Position numbers and translations under genes: made by a program
The notes under the pieces: model-generated
What the model was told of the DNA's origin: nothing
The model's database searches: none
What the model saw: only the letters and a program-made list of their open reading frames with translations
Shown: one piece after another, positions 11,421-22,945 of the stretch
Numbering within the stretch: position 1 is the first letter of the stretch
How the letters are laid out: each line of letters begins with the position of its first letter
Assembly (NCBI RefSeq): GCF_001194135.2
Contig: NC_068998.1
Location: 37,537,994 to 37,570,849 of the forward strand
Length of the DNA: 32,856 nucleotides
Reading direction: 5' to 3'
Origin: Octopus bimaculoides
Taxonomy: Eukaryota

Positions 11421-12524
11421 TTATCTTAACAATCAACAACAAAACTGTCTGTATTTATCATCTACAGTTTTTACTAGTCTTATGAACAACCTGTAGCACC
11501 GTAGGCTTGCGCTAACGTCATCGAAAGATTCTCAAACTTCTGTATATATTTCTGATAAATGAATATGTTCTTGATAAAAGCGTGAAGCCTAATAAAATAC
11601 TGCATAATTACAGAGAGACTACAAACTTTTTTTTTACTTCAGTAACAGATGCCTACAGGTATTATATGGAAGATCACATGCGTGAAACCCGACATGATTT
11701 ACACACATTTCTGAGTTCTTACACCGCTCGGTGCAACAAAAACAAGCTCGAGAATTCTCATAAATCATCATGAACTTTTTGTATGTTGAAAACCTGAGTC
11801 GTATGTAACATCAGGGCTGGTACCAAAGATCAACAGATGATATCAGAGCAACAGATACTTCAGGCCTCGAATTTAAATCACGCTCAATCACTTCTAGAAA
11901 ATAATAAAATATTTCTCATTGGTAGTTTTTGCAAAGTTAATCATTACTTTAAAAATTTTTTAATTCATTATTCTCTTCTTTCTTCTTCATTTGCTTCATA
12001 ATTATATTTTAATATTAGTGAGTGCAAATTGCAAATACGTAATACACTTGATGGTCGTTGATTCTGGGAGTGTGTTAATAAGGCATTCAAACGGAATGAC
12101 TCTCCCCAGACACAATAAAATATGCTTCAACACACGAATTCACATAAATATTCCAGCGATGCCTTATATTGTCAGTAAGGTTAAATTACAACATTTCACT
12201 TTAGGGGGCCAGCAGGTTGCAAACCGTGGTACAAATGGTAGATATCTTTTATTTCTTACTTATTTAGGTCACTGGACTGTGTCCATGCTGGAGTACTTGA
12301 AACGTTTAGTCGATCAAATCGTTACCAGGGCTTATTTTAAGTCAAGAACTAAAAATATTTGAATGCTGTGAATATATTGTATTATTGAAATGATCAATAA
12401 AGAACTGTAAGAATATGGAATTAATCATTTATTTTATCGCAATTAACAACATGAAGCAAAGCTGGGATTCTAGTAGATAAAATATGCAATTTAATTCATC
12501 ATATGCGGTAGCTTGCTGATATCT

Positions 12525-12665
12525 TTTCTACTATAGGCACAAGGACTGAAACTTTGAGATTGATCGGGAAGTCTATTATATCTAACACAGTGCTCAATTG
12601 GTAATTATTCTATCAAGACCGAAAAGATGAATGGCAAAGTCGAACTCGGTGGAACTCAAACTCAG
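12525..12665 (-). mobile_element. Degenerate SINE family A fragment
   Basis: CTACTATAGGCACAAGGACTGAAA...GATGAATGGCAAAGTCGAACTCGGTGGAACTCAAACTCAG matches the family A reverse complement. Confidence 0.65.
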
Positions 12666-13760
12666 TTTGTTTTAGAAGTGTTGGGCAGTTTAGCTTAAAG
12701 GTATGTGAGTTCGAGTCTCATGACTGACTGGTAACGATGTTTTTCTGCAATATATGGATAATTTATGCTATTGTATTAGCATTGTCATGCTTTTGAGAAT
12801 AATTTATTTCTGTATCTTTCAATACATCTCAATGCTTCTAAAGCACTTTTTCTTGCGTGCCAATGATTCCTCCAGTTTGCAGCCTTCAGTAGATTGTTAA
12901 TATAATATTCTACATAAGGCAGCAGGCTGGCAAAATCGTTTGCGGCCTTATTGGGAACTGTCCTCGAGTACGCATTGTTTTGTATCAGTCTTAGTATTTA
13001 TAATAATTAATACATCCACTCTGGAAGGTTGGAAGCAAAGTCGACCTCTAATATTTATCTGTAAGTGTTGTCGTTGTAGTTAAAAAAAAAAGCTATTTTG
13101 GAGGATGAACTTTAATTCTCCGATGATAAACCGTTTCCCATTTCGTTCTAGTGGCAAAAAACAAATTGGTAAAAGAAACCATTCACTTAAACAATTTATA
13201 CCAATAGTTCTTTTCTGAACGATGCTGATTTAGGAATGCTTAATACACATCCTTATGACAGAACTGAATTTTCCAAAAGTGCTCAGCAGTTTTATTTCCC
13301 ACTTTTACACTTTTGCAACAATATCGCTGTGTTTCCACTTCGTACTGAAAGGGGATTCTTTTGATGGACAATTGACGACGTAGAAACACACAAACAAACT
13401 TTAGGCAATCATGGACAAACTGCTGTCTGCGGAGCTTTCTAACTGGCGCATCTAGCGAAAAGTTTCTTAGATTTTGTTTTATACGTGTGCAGTTCATATG
13501 TGGCCCACTTCTCAAAAACATTGCTCATATCTGCTTTGGGTGGCGATTATAGCAGACCATGCGATTCCTTTACGTCCCAATAAGGTGCTAATTTATTATC
13601 TTCTATGTGTCTTTTCTCTTTCTCCACCCACAGGCGTATGTTCGTAAAGTCGCAATATAATTATGACATTTTAACAGGCAATTTATAATCTAGTGGTCTA
13701 CTGTAGCATTTTTTATTTATATTCCGAAGCCCTGAATCTGTTACAAAAAATGACAAAAAT

Positions 13761-14075
13761 AAAAACTGGCACTCCGTCGATTACGATGACGAGGGTTCCA
13801 GTGAATCCGATTAACGGGACAGCTTGCTCGCGTGGCTGAGCATTCCACAGACACGCGTAATCTTAACTTAGTTCTCAGGGAGATTCAGCGTGAAACAGAA
13901 TGTGACAAGGCTGGCCCTTTGAAAGACAGGTACTACTCATTTCTGCCAGCTGAGCAGACTGGGGCCACGTGAAATAAAGTGTCTTGCTCAAGGATACAAC
14001 GCACAGCCTGGGATTTAACCGACGACCTTACAATCATGAGCCATATACTCTAACAACTATCCAACGTACCTTCAC
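13761..14075 (-). mobile_element. tRNA-derived SINE, family D (CORE-like centre, 3' module shared with family C)
   Basis: 13765-13930 aligns with 7545-7720. The minus-strand centre GTATCCTTGAGCAAGACACTTTATTTC resembles the CORE-SINE motif (compare CCTTGGGCAAGTCACTT). Confidence 0.75.
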
Positions 14076-14957
14076 TGAATTTGTTGTAGTGTTATAGTAA
14101 ATTACATTAACATCCTCGATTACTATTATGTGTTAGTGTATTTATTCCAGTATCAAGTAGGAGATGGAACCTATGCAACTAAAACTGGAGGTTGAAGTGT
14201 AAAAGTGCTCACAGGAGTCGAAGTAAATGTTGATAAGGTGTTCAGATCGGGAGGAGTAGATGTTACATCAGGACAAAACCGATACCTTCGAAGTTTTTTC
14301 TGTTTCTTTTTACTTTTTCCTTTTTTATTCGTATCTCTTTTTCTCTTTTCTACTCCATTATCAAATGCATGTTTCATTTCTGTGTAAAAATGTAAAATTA
14401 TAATTTGCAAAAATTACAAATGCACGTCTTGAAAACACTTTGCAATTACGGGAACAACGATAAATGATAAGAATTTTTAATTAAACTATGTGATAAAATT
14501 ACGATAATAGAATACCCCTTTAGGTTTTTCAAGTACTTTAAAATCATAAAATGTAAACGATTATAAATATCAACTCGATAGAAATTCTTTTAATGTGTCA
14601 GAAATGTATTGTTTAGTCTGTGTAACTGAATGCAGTGTTACTACACATAGTGTACTGTGGTGCACAATCGCCTGCATGCTAAGAGGGTACATTCAGCTTG
14701 CAGCTTTTGAAACATTTGCAGTGAGATTGCTCATGTTATATAAAAAAAGGAACTCTGTATAAAACAAACGTAAAAGTACGAATATAAAATCGCAAATAAA
14801 TGCTGGAATGACACACAGCTGCAGTGCTAATCCTGTCGGGTGACGAAAATAAAGGCTCTTGGTGATTCCTCACTCGAATACAAAATAAAAATCAATAAAA
14901 CGCCAGATGGCATACAAGAAAGAACCGATTTCACATTAACGCCACAGCAATCCAATA

Positions 14958-15093
14958 AGGGTTCCAAATTTTGTCACAAGGCCAGCAATTTTAGAGGGAA
15001 GGAGAAGTCGATTACATCGACCCCTCCCCCCAAAGCTCAACCTGTACTTTATTTTATCGACCACGAAAGAATGAAAGACAAAGTCGACTACGG
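14958..15093 (-). mobile_element. SINE family A, 3' part
   Basis: CAAATTTTGTCACAAGGCCAGCAATTT...AGTCGATTACATCGACCCC...GAATGAAAGACAAAGTCGAC. Confidence 0.8.
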
Positions 15094-15334
15094 GAAAGGC
15101 AAAAATCAAGACAAGGAAGTCTTATCTCGCGGTCATTCCGTAGAGAATTATAACCAAATCTTCCTCATCTACCATCCTAGGGTTTTTAAACACAACAAAA
15201 TTTATTTTATACGAGATATAATGTGCCAGGAGAGAAGACAGGATGAGTACAGCTTGAATGTCACAGAAGGATAAATTATTCACTCACAGAAAATACTCCA
15301 CCAGCACATACAGAAATTTTAGAAGCAAAGTTCC

Positions 15335-15497
15335 AGTGGCTGTGTGGTAAGTAGCTTGCTTACAAACCACATGGTTCTGGGTTCAGTCCCACTGCGTGGC
15401 ACCTTGGGCAAGTGTCTTCAACAATAGTCTCGGGCTGACCAAAGCCTTGTGAGTAGAATTAGTAGACGGAAACTGAAAGAAACCCGTCGTATATATG

Positions 15498-15554
<57 letters not shown>

Positions 15555-15757
15555 TTGTGTGACTGTGTTTGTCCCCCCAACATCGCTTGACAATCGATGG
15601 TGGTGTGTTTACGTCCCCGTAACTTAACGGTTCAGCAAAAAGAGACCGATAGAATAAGTACTAGGTTTCCAAAGAATAAGTCCAGGGGTCGATTTGCTCG
15701 ACTAAAGGCGATGCCCCAGCATGGCCGCAGTCAAATGACTGAAACAAGTAAAGAGTA
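15335..15757 (+). mobile_element. Full-length tRNA-derived SINE, family B, with internal (TA)/(TG) microsatellite
   Basis: AGTGGCTGTGTGGTAAGTAGC...GGGTTCAGTCCC (A/B boxes), CCTTGGGCAAG, internal microsatellite, tail AAGTAAAGAGTA; near-identical inverted copy at 18383-18789. Confidence 0.9.
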
Positions 15758-16004
15758 CGTATTAAGCAGTCATAGCTCTACATTGGTACGTTTCTAACAG
15801 TTTTTTAAAATTATCATACAAAATCGTCAAACCAGAAGATACACAACTTAACAGTATAAACAATCATTATGTCCGATATACATACAAGGTCGCAGGATTA
15901 AATTTTTTTTTTTTGGTTAGGTGGGGCTTCGGCATAGTATTGTTTATATTTCCTTTAATGTCTAACACACATATAGAAGTACTTTTATAAGCACAAACAT
16001 AAAA

Positions 16005-16108
16005 ATCAATGTTAACTCCGGTAGCATTTGAACCCAGAACGTGAAGACAGACAAAATGCTGCTAAGCATTTTGTCCGACGTGCTAACGGTTCTGCAAGCT
16101 CGCTGCCT
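16005..16108 (-). mobile_element. SINE family A head, head-to-head with the next copy
   Basis: Reverse complement AGGCAGCGAGCTTGCAGAACCGTTAGCACGTCGGACAAAATGCTTAGC...GTTCTGGGTTCAAAT. Confidence 0.8.
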
Positions 16109-16138
16109 CATGTAGAATAATATAGTAGGAGCACAGAG

Positions 16139-16350
16139 AAGGCCGCGAGCTGGCAGAATCGTTAGCGTAGCGGACAAAGTACCTAGTGGCATTTGATCCT
16201 TCTTTACGTTCTGAGTTCAAATTCCACCGAAATCGACTGTGCCTTTCGTCCCTTCGGGCTCGATGAAATAACTACCAGTTGAGCTCTATAGTAGATATAA
16301 TCGACTTCCCATACCCTCAAAATTTCAGGCCTTGTACCTATAACAGAAAG
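16139..16350 (+). mobile_element. SINE family A
   Basis: Full-length match; tail type TTTCAGGCCTTGTACCTATAACAGAAAG. Confidence 0.85.
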
Positions 16351-16900
16351 TATATCAATAAGCCACCGCATACGACGAATGAAATTGCATACTTTTATTA
16401 CTAGATTTGCAGCTTTGCTTCATGTTATCTGTGATAAAATAAATGTTTAATTCTATATTCTTACAGTTCTTTATTGATTATTTCAATATTACAATATATT
16501 CACAACATTCAAGTACTTTAAATTTTTGGAAGTATATTTTTCTAGTACTTCAGCAAAATGATAAAATTTTAAAAAAAGATTCTTCCTGAAATCTCTAAAC
16601 AATTATCTCGTAAGTTGAAATATATCAAAAGGGCTTCACACTTTATTCATTCGAACGAAAAACTGTTTCTTTCATTTCTCCTTTCAAGAAATCATTCCTC
16701 TAAAAACCAAATCACACGAAACTGAAATTGCAGGAAATGAAAGCATAAATGAAACTAATTACAAAACATTTCACGCCACAATTTTTTTGCAAATTCTATG
16801 CCTATTGTTACTTGTTGCAGAACTTGCAAAAACAGAGAAAAAAAAAGTGGAATATTTGGGATCGGTTCAAGGTTATTTCTAATTAATAATGTTGTTCATT

Positions 16901-17946
16901 ATTAAATTTATCCAATAAGATAGTAAGCTGACAGAATCGTTTGCACATCGGACTAAATGCTTAGCGTCATTTCGTCCGTTTTTACATTCTGAGTTCAAAT
17001 TCCACCGACATTGACATCCATCGCCTTTCATACTTCCAGGGTCGAGAAAATGTCTACCCCTTGGATACTGGGGTAGATGTAATCAACTTAGCACCCCTCT
17101 TGAAATCGCTGGCTTTGTGCCAAAATTTGAAATCATTATCAAATTCATCCTTCACGGCGGCAAGCTGGTGGAATCGCTAGCATGCCGGACAAAATGCTTA
17201 GCAGGATTTCATCCGTCTGTACGTTCTGAGTTCAAACTCCCCCGGAGCAGACTTTTCCTTTCATCCTTCGGAGTCTATAAAATAAGTATCTGTTGAACAC
17301 TTGGGTCGATTTTATCGGTTTATCCTCCACCCCCACCGAAATTGGTGGCCTTGTGTCAAAATTTGAAACCATTAAATTCATCCTTCGACCGTTTTTACGT
17401 TCTAAGTTCAATTTCCGCCACGGTTGACTTTGCCTTTCATCCTTTTGGGGTCAATAAAATAAGTACCAGTTGAACACTGGAGTCGATATAGTTGCCTAAC
17501 CCCAGCTCTCCAAAATTTCAAGCCTTATGCCTCTGGTAGTATTAAGTTCGTCCTTAATCCATACGCTCGGAGTTCAAATTCCGCCGAGGTCGACTTAGCC
17601 ATTCATTCATCGGGCTCGATAAAATAAGTATCAACTGAGCACTGGGGTCGATGTAATTGACTTACGCCCTCACTCGAAAATACTGGCCTTGTGCAAAAAT
17701 TTGAAATCCTTATTAGGTTCATCTTTAAAACAGCGAACTCGCAGAATCGTTAGCACTCGAAGCAAAATGCTCTTCGGTATTTTGTCCGTCTTTAAGTTCT
17801 GAGCTCAAAACCCTCCGAGGTCGAGTTTGCCTTTCATCCTTTCGAGGATGATAAAATAACTATCACTTGATCAATGGGGTCGATGTAATCGACTAGAACC
17901 CCCCCCCCTCTCCCGAAATTGCGGCCTTGTGCCAAATTTTGAATCC
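16901..17946 (+). repeat. Tandem array of five family A SINEs separated by copies of a ~15-bp spacer
   Basis: Units at about 16917-17137, 17153-17370, 17386-17540, 17556-17711 and 17727-17946; ATTAAATTCATCCTT-like spacer at 16901, 17138, 17371, 17541 and 17712. Confidence 0.85.
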
Positions 17947-18110
17947 ATCATCATCATCATTCAACGTCTGTTCTCCCTGCTGGCATAAGTTGAACTGTTT
18001 CACAGGAACCATTGCTGGGAGCTCCACTGTTTCTATGGTTTCTATGGTTGGATGTCCTTCCTAACGCAAGACACTCTACTGAGTGTTCTGTATACATTTT
18101 TTGGTCCCAC
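17946..18110 (-). mobile_element. Decayed retroposon 3' part with (GAT)n tail
   Basis: (CAT)5 on plus followed by TCAACGTCTGTTCTCCCTGCTGGCAT...GGTTGGATGTCCTTCCTAACGC; recognised from memory as a common octopus repeat. Confidence 0.4.
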
Positions 18111-18119
18111 CGGTTCTAT

Positions 18120-20130
18120 TGAGTTCGCCAGTAAAGAAATTTAATTTGGAAACTTCAACCCCGTCAGTAAGTATTTCTTTCATTTCTTCATGATAACAAT
18201 CAATAGTTTCTTTCAGTCATTAGCAGTAACCTCTAAATTCCCGGATTGTTTATCGTGTATTTCGTTTTTCTGAGTTCCTTCCTGTTGGGATAATCCTTAT
18301 TCATTGCTTAGTTTCAGCCGAATTCCAAATGATTCACTGGTCAATGGTCCTCAGTAGCCTAAAAAATAAACATAAAGAAGCATTTACTCTTTTACTCCTT
18401 TACTTGTCTCAGTCATTTGACTGTGGCCATGCTGGAGCACCGCCATTAGTCGAGCTAATCGACCCCATGACTTATTCTTTGGAAGCCTAGTACTTATTCT
18501 ATCGGTCACTTTATGCCGAACCGCTAAGTTACGGGGACCTAAACACACCAGCATCGGTTGTCAAGCGATGGTGGAGGGACACAGACACACAAAAACACAT
18601 ACATATATATACATATACATATATACGACGGGCTTCTTTCAGTTTCCGTCTACCAAATCCACTCACAAGGCTTTGGTCGGCCCGAGGCTATAATAGAAGA
18701 CACTTGCCAAAGGTGCCACGCAGTGGGACTGAACCCGGAACCATGTGGTTGGTAGGCAAGCTACTTACCACACAGCCACTCCTGCGCCTATGATAGAACC
18801 TTGGAATCACTTTGGAATACGGTGAATCAAGTAATAAATTTATTCGAAAATCGAAGCAAAACCAAGAAACTGAAAGCTAAAGTTAACATTTGAATCAGTA
18901 TCTACCTCATCTGCTCTTCTACACACAGTTTAATTTTGACGATAAAACAGGCTTTGCAAAATTTTCACTCTGATACCAAAATATTTATGAACTGGTTTTA
19001 CAGCCTCTGTTATGAGATTCCATCGAGCTTCAAATTTAATAACTAATGCTATGCCATCTTTCAATTTTTGCCAATGGAGTATCGAGCAGGAAAACAACGA
19101 ATAAATTGATTGTATGATGATGAAAATGTTACCATTATGGTTAGCAGCGGGTATCTCAACCAAATATCAGGGTTTTCTTCTTTTATTAATTCTTCATTCA
19201 ACACCATTTTAATAACCAGCCATAACTACAGCATTGAGATCGACAGTCTTCTAATGGCGTTTCGTTCTTTACAAGTTGATCCCAAATTACCGCCATCATA
19301 TATTCAGCATCCTTTTGTTTTAATTGGATAAATTCTAGAAGAATATTCTTTTATAAAAAAAAAATGGCTTTCTCCTTAAAAATTAACGTGAATATAACGA
19401 AGTGTTTCTGTCATTTGTTCTCGGTGTGCTTGATCTTGAATAGAATCAAACACGAAACCAGAATATTTCGTCGTATGAATGAATGTTATATAGCAATTTG
19501 TGGTGAACAGCAGAAGCCGCCAAGTGAATTTATTCATTTCGCACTAATGGACAGAAATAAATTCTTCCCGTGTTCTTGTCCTCATTATTGAGAAACACTT
19601 TCATGACGAGATCAAAGTTTGCCAACAATTTTAGTAACCGCCCAAATTTTCCAAAATAGCTTTGCTTTTCCTGTCCATAAGATTCCTTGTCGCCATGTAA
19701 TGTAAGGTTTTATGTAACTAAACTTTTATGCAAAGGAGAATGCTGTGGAGAAAAGCCTCGCCATTTTGGTTTTTCTAATGTAATTTAAGCTTGAAGCGCT
19801 TTGTTAACGATTCCACCATTTTCTAAAAGGTTTCAATGGACTTTTACTAATTTGAAAATTATTTCAAGCACAAAGTAAGCATTGTTTTAAATATCAAACG
19901 AAAGATCCCGAAATCATGATACTGGATCGAACATGCGATAGGCTATGTTTTGTTTTTCTGTTTTTGATATTCAAGGTTTTGGCATTGCGTGTTTGAAAGA
20001 CACTTCTTTAGTTAATAATAGTGAAAGATTAAGCTGTTCAAGAAATGACTTCACAAAATCAAATGATCATTTCTGTTTTGCATTTTCGTTTCATCCCGCT
20101 TTCTGCCCTACTCACCTTCATCTTCGATAT
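18120..20130 (-). pseudogene. Decayed hAT transposase (ZMYM1-like/Tip100 group), interrupted by a family B SINE
   Basis: Minus-strand pieces with stops and frameshifts: NLTLHGDKES...RLLKLLANFDLVM...YFCPLVRNE*IHLAASAV...KYSGFVFDSIQDQAHREQMTETLRYI...LEFIQLKQKDAEY...LEDCRSQC...VMAG...IQSIYSLFSCSILHWQKLK...ARWN...EAVKPVHKY. Motif order matches the hAT DDE core. Confidence 0.8.
18383..18789 (-). mobile_element. Full-length SINE family B
   Basis: Reverse complement of the 15335-15757 family, well conserved. Confidence 0.9.
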
Positions 20131-20330
20131 CCATAATGTTTGCCACAAGGTGGTCAAATATTCTAAAGTAAGAAACATACTCACGCACACACACGCGAGC
20201 ACGTGAACGCACATTCATAACCACAGATGTATATAAATACACAAGGATTTTTGTGCGTTGCTTATTCACATACATATATCAAGAAAGAGAAGTGGAGAGA
20301 GACAGACTCAGACAGGCAAACAGGTAATGG

Positions 20331-20332
20331 GA

Positions 20333-20400
<68 letters not shown>

Positions 20401-20402
20401 AA
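20331..20402. repeat. (GAAA)n microsatellite
   Basis: Direct reading. Confidence 0.97.
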
Positions 20403-20931
20403 AATGAGAGAATAAAGAGACTGAGAATGAAAGGAAGATATGAAAATAAATTTATGTGTATTTTTAAGTTACTGATTTCACTGGTACAATAATTTGAAAA
20501 TCCATCTTTTATCTTGAAAGCAGAAGTGGGAAGAAAGTATAAGAAGTGATATCAGTAAATTAGAATATTTTTGAATAATTAACAATTAGAAAACATTATA
20601 ATGGAGTATAGAGACATTTAAATGCAAACATCGTAGAAAATATTTTAATTCTAGTTAGATACAATACTTAAAGAAAATAAAAGAAAACATTACGTAAAGA
20701 AAACTAAAATATTAGTTGTTATTAGTTATTTTTTAAAATAGATTATGCAATAAATTCTCTAGTAGACTTGATCTTATCGGAAAATTCATTTTAATTCTAT
20801 AAGTATTGTCTGTTTCAAGAAGGATTTGTCCGAAAAGCCACTTTTATAATTTGATGACGTCATAAGAATTTGTAAATTCTCGAGTGAACGTGAAGTAATT
20901 CTTTTTCGAAATTTAGGTTTCGAAGTTCGCA

Positions 20932-21408
20932 TAAAGCCATGATTAATAATCATTTCCAGACTTGGCACAAGGCCAGCAAGCTCGAGGTAGTGGGTAAGAC
21001 GATTAAATCAACCCCAGTACTCTACAGATACTTATTTTATCGACCCTGAAAGGGTGAAAGGCAAAGTAGACCCCGGCAGAATTTGAACTCAGAACATAAA
21101 GACGGACGAAATGCTGCAAAATATTTTTCCAGGCGTGTAAATGATTCTGCCATATCGCCGCCTTAAAGCTATGAATAATCCTTTCTAATGAAGGCACAAG
21201 GCCTGAAATTTGTGGGGAGGGACTTAGTCGATTACCTCCATCCCAGGGTCTCACTGGTACTCATTTTATTGACCCCGAAAGGATGAAAGGCAAAGTTCAC
21301 TTCGGCAGAATTTGAACTCAGAACGTAAAGACGGACGAAATGCTACTAAGCATTTTCCCCGGCGTGCTAAAGATTCTGCCAGATCGCCGCCTTAAAGCTA
21401 TGAATAAT
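20932..21408 (-). repeat. Two tandem family A SINEs bounded by three copies of a 16-17-bp spacer
   Basis: TTAAAGCTATGAATAAT at 21163-21179 and 21392-21408; variant TAAAGCCATGATTAAT at 20932-20947. Confidence 0.85.
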
Positions 21409-21845
21409 AATATGTAGATTTTGGATTGAAAACCCCTTTCAAATTGAAAAAGTCGAAGGCTGCCCACAGTAGAATGCTTTTAGTTTCTTCAAGAGATGCG
21501 GGTTCGTGCTCCACGGGCTGCCTTCTATTTTCTCCATCTAAAAGGATTTTTCAACCCAGTATATACATACTATTATCTATAGCTTTGTAATTTGAACTGA
21601 AGAGACAAAATAACAATTGAGAAAACCATAAAAATGATCTTAACTCTTCCATAAAATCACACACTCGAGAGAAATGCCGAACAATGAAATCATGCAAATT
21701 TTTCAGGAGGAAGAAAATTTAATGTGAGCAGAAATGTATGAAAATGTGTCGTCTGTTCGTTCATTCTCGGAGATGCTTAATGTCGAAGCTCGCCATCATT
21801 CTGAAAATAATAATTTGCATTGGTGTTCGTAGAAGAACATTGTAT

Positions 21846-22315
21846 AATTTACTGCGACATTAAGGTGGCCAACTGATAAAATTACTAGCACGCCATACTA
21901 AATCCTTAACGGCATTTCGTCCGGCCCTCAGTTCAAATTCCGACGAGGTCGACTTTACCTTTTATCTTTTCCGTGACAAGGAAATGAGTACCAGCTGAGT
22001 ACTGGGGTCAATATGATCGACTAGCTTCCTCCTTGAAAATTTAAGGTATTGTGTCAATAGTATAAAGGATTATTCACTGCGACATTAAGGCGGTGAGCTG
22101 CTAAAATCATTACCGCGCCGGATAAAATGCTTAGCGGCATTTCTTCCGGCTCTTTACACTCTGAATTCAAATTCTGCCGAGACCCACGTTGCCTTTCATC
22201 CTTTCGTAATTGATAAAATAGGTGTCAGTTAAACACTGGGGTTGATATAATCGACTTCCTCTCAAAATTGCTGGCTTTGTGCTAAATTTAGAAATAAATT
22301 ATTTACGGTAACATT
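21846..22315 (+). repeat. Two tandem family A SINEs bounded by three copies of a 16-18-bp spacer
   Basis: AATTTACTGCGACATT (21846), ATTATTCACTGCGACATT (22069), ATTATTTACGGTAACATT (22298). Confidence 0.85.
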
Positions 22316-22494
22316 TGAGCACGCCCGAAACGAAACGCTTTGTTATTGCTGTGTCTGGTCACTATGCTATTTGCCTTTTGATATACTCCGATCAGTTGTT
22401 AACAACTTGTCCCTGTATAAATTGCTTTTACATAATTTGTATCTGCACACACAGATGAGATGTTGGAGGAGCTGCAGTTTACTGAACCCAATCA

Positions 22495-22945
22495 GTTGAC
22501 CCCCCCCCCCCAATGCTCATCAGGTACTTATTTCATCGGCCCCGAAAGAATGAAAGACAAAGTCGACCTCAGCGGGATTTTGAACCCAGAAAGTAAAAAC
22601 GGACAGCATTTTTTCCGTCGTACTGACCATTCTGTCAGCTCGCCGCTTTAAATCGTATTAAGACAATTCATTCTATTATAGGCAAAATGCCTGAAATTTG
22701 GGAGAAATGGGTTAGTCGATTACATCGAACCCACTTCTCAACTGGTGCTTATTTCATCGATCCTGAAAGGATGAAAGCGAAGTCAACCTCGGTGAAATTT
22801 GAACTCGACGAAATACCAGGAAGCATTCTGACTGGCGTGCCAACGATTCTGCCAGCTCACCCCTTTAACTGGTGCTCAGATAAAAGTAATAATAATAGCT
22901 TCAAATTTTGGCACAAAGCAAGTAATTTTAGGGAATGGAGGTTAG
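22495..22945 (-). mobile_element. Cluster of two family A SINEs plus a tail fragment
   Basis: Copies at about 22495-22650, 22670-22868 and 22893-22945; linkers are not shared here. Confidence 0.8.

Noticed and set aside
13240-13521. 93-aa minus-strand ORF with non-repetitive composition
   Set aside because: No recognisable motif in any frame; length is within chance expectation.
13605-13650. Strong polypyrimidine tract plus CACAG acceptor
   Set aside because: All frames close soon after and there is no clear donor.
14151-14295. Frame YQVGDGTYATKTGG*SVKVLTG... after a CAG, with an in-frame TGA (selenocysteine or exon?)
   Set aside because: No recognisable protein family, no good splice donor and no SECIS seen.
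16901-17946. CRISPR-like repeat/spacer appearance
   Set aside because: Eukaryotic DNA, no cas genes; the long units are homologous SINEs and the short repeats are degenerate TSDs.
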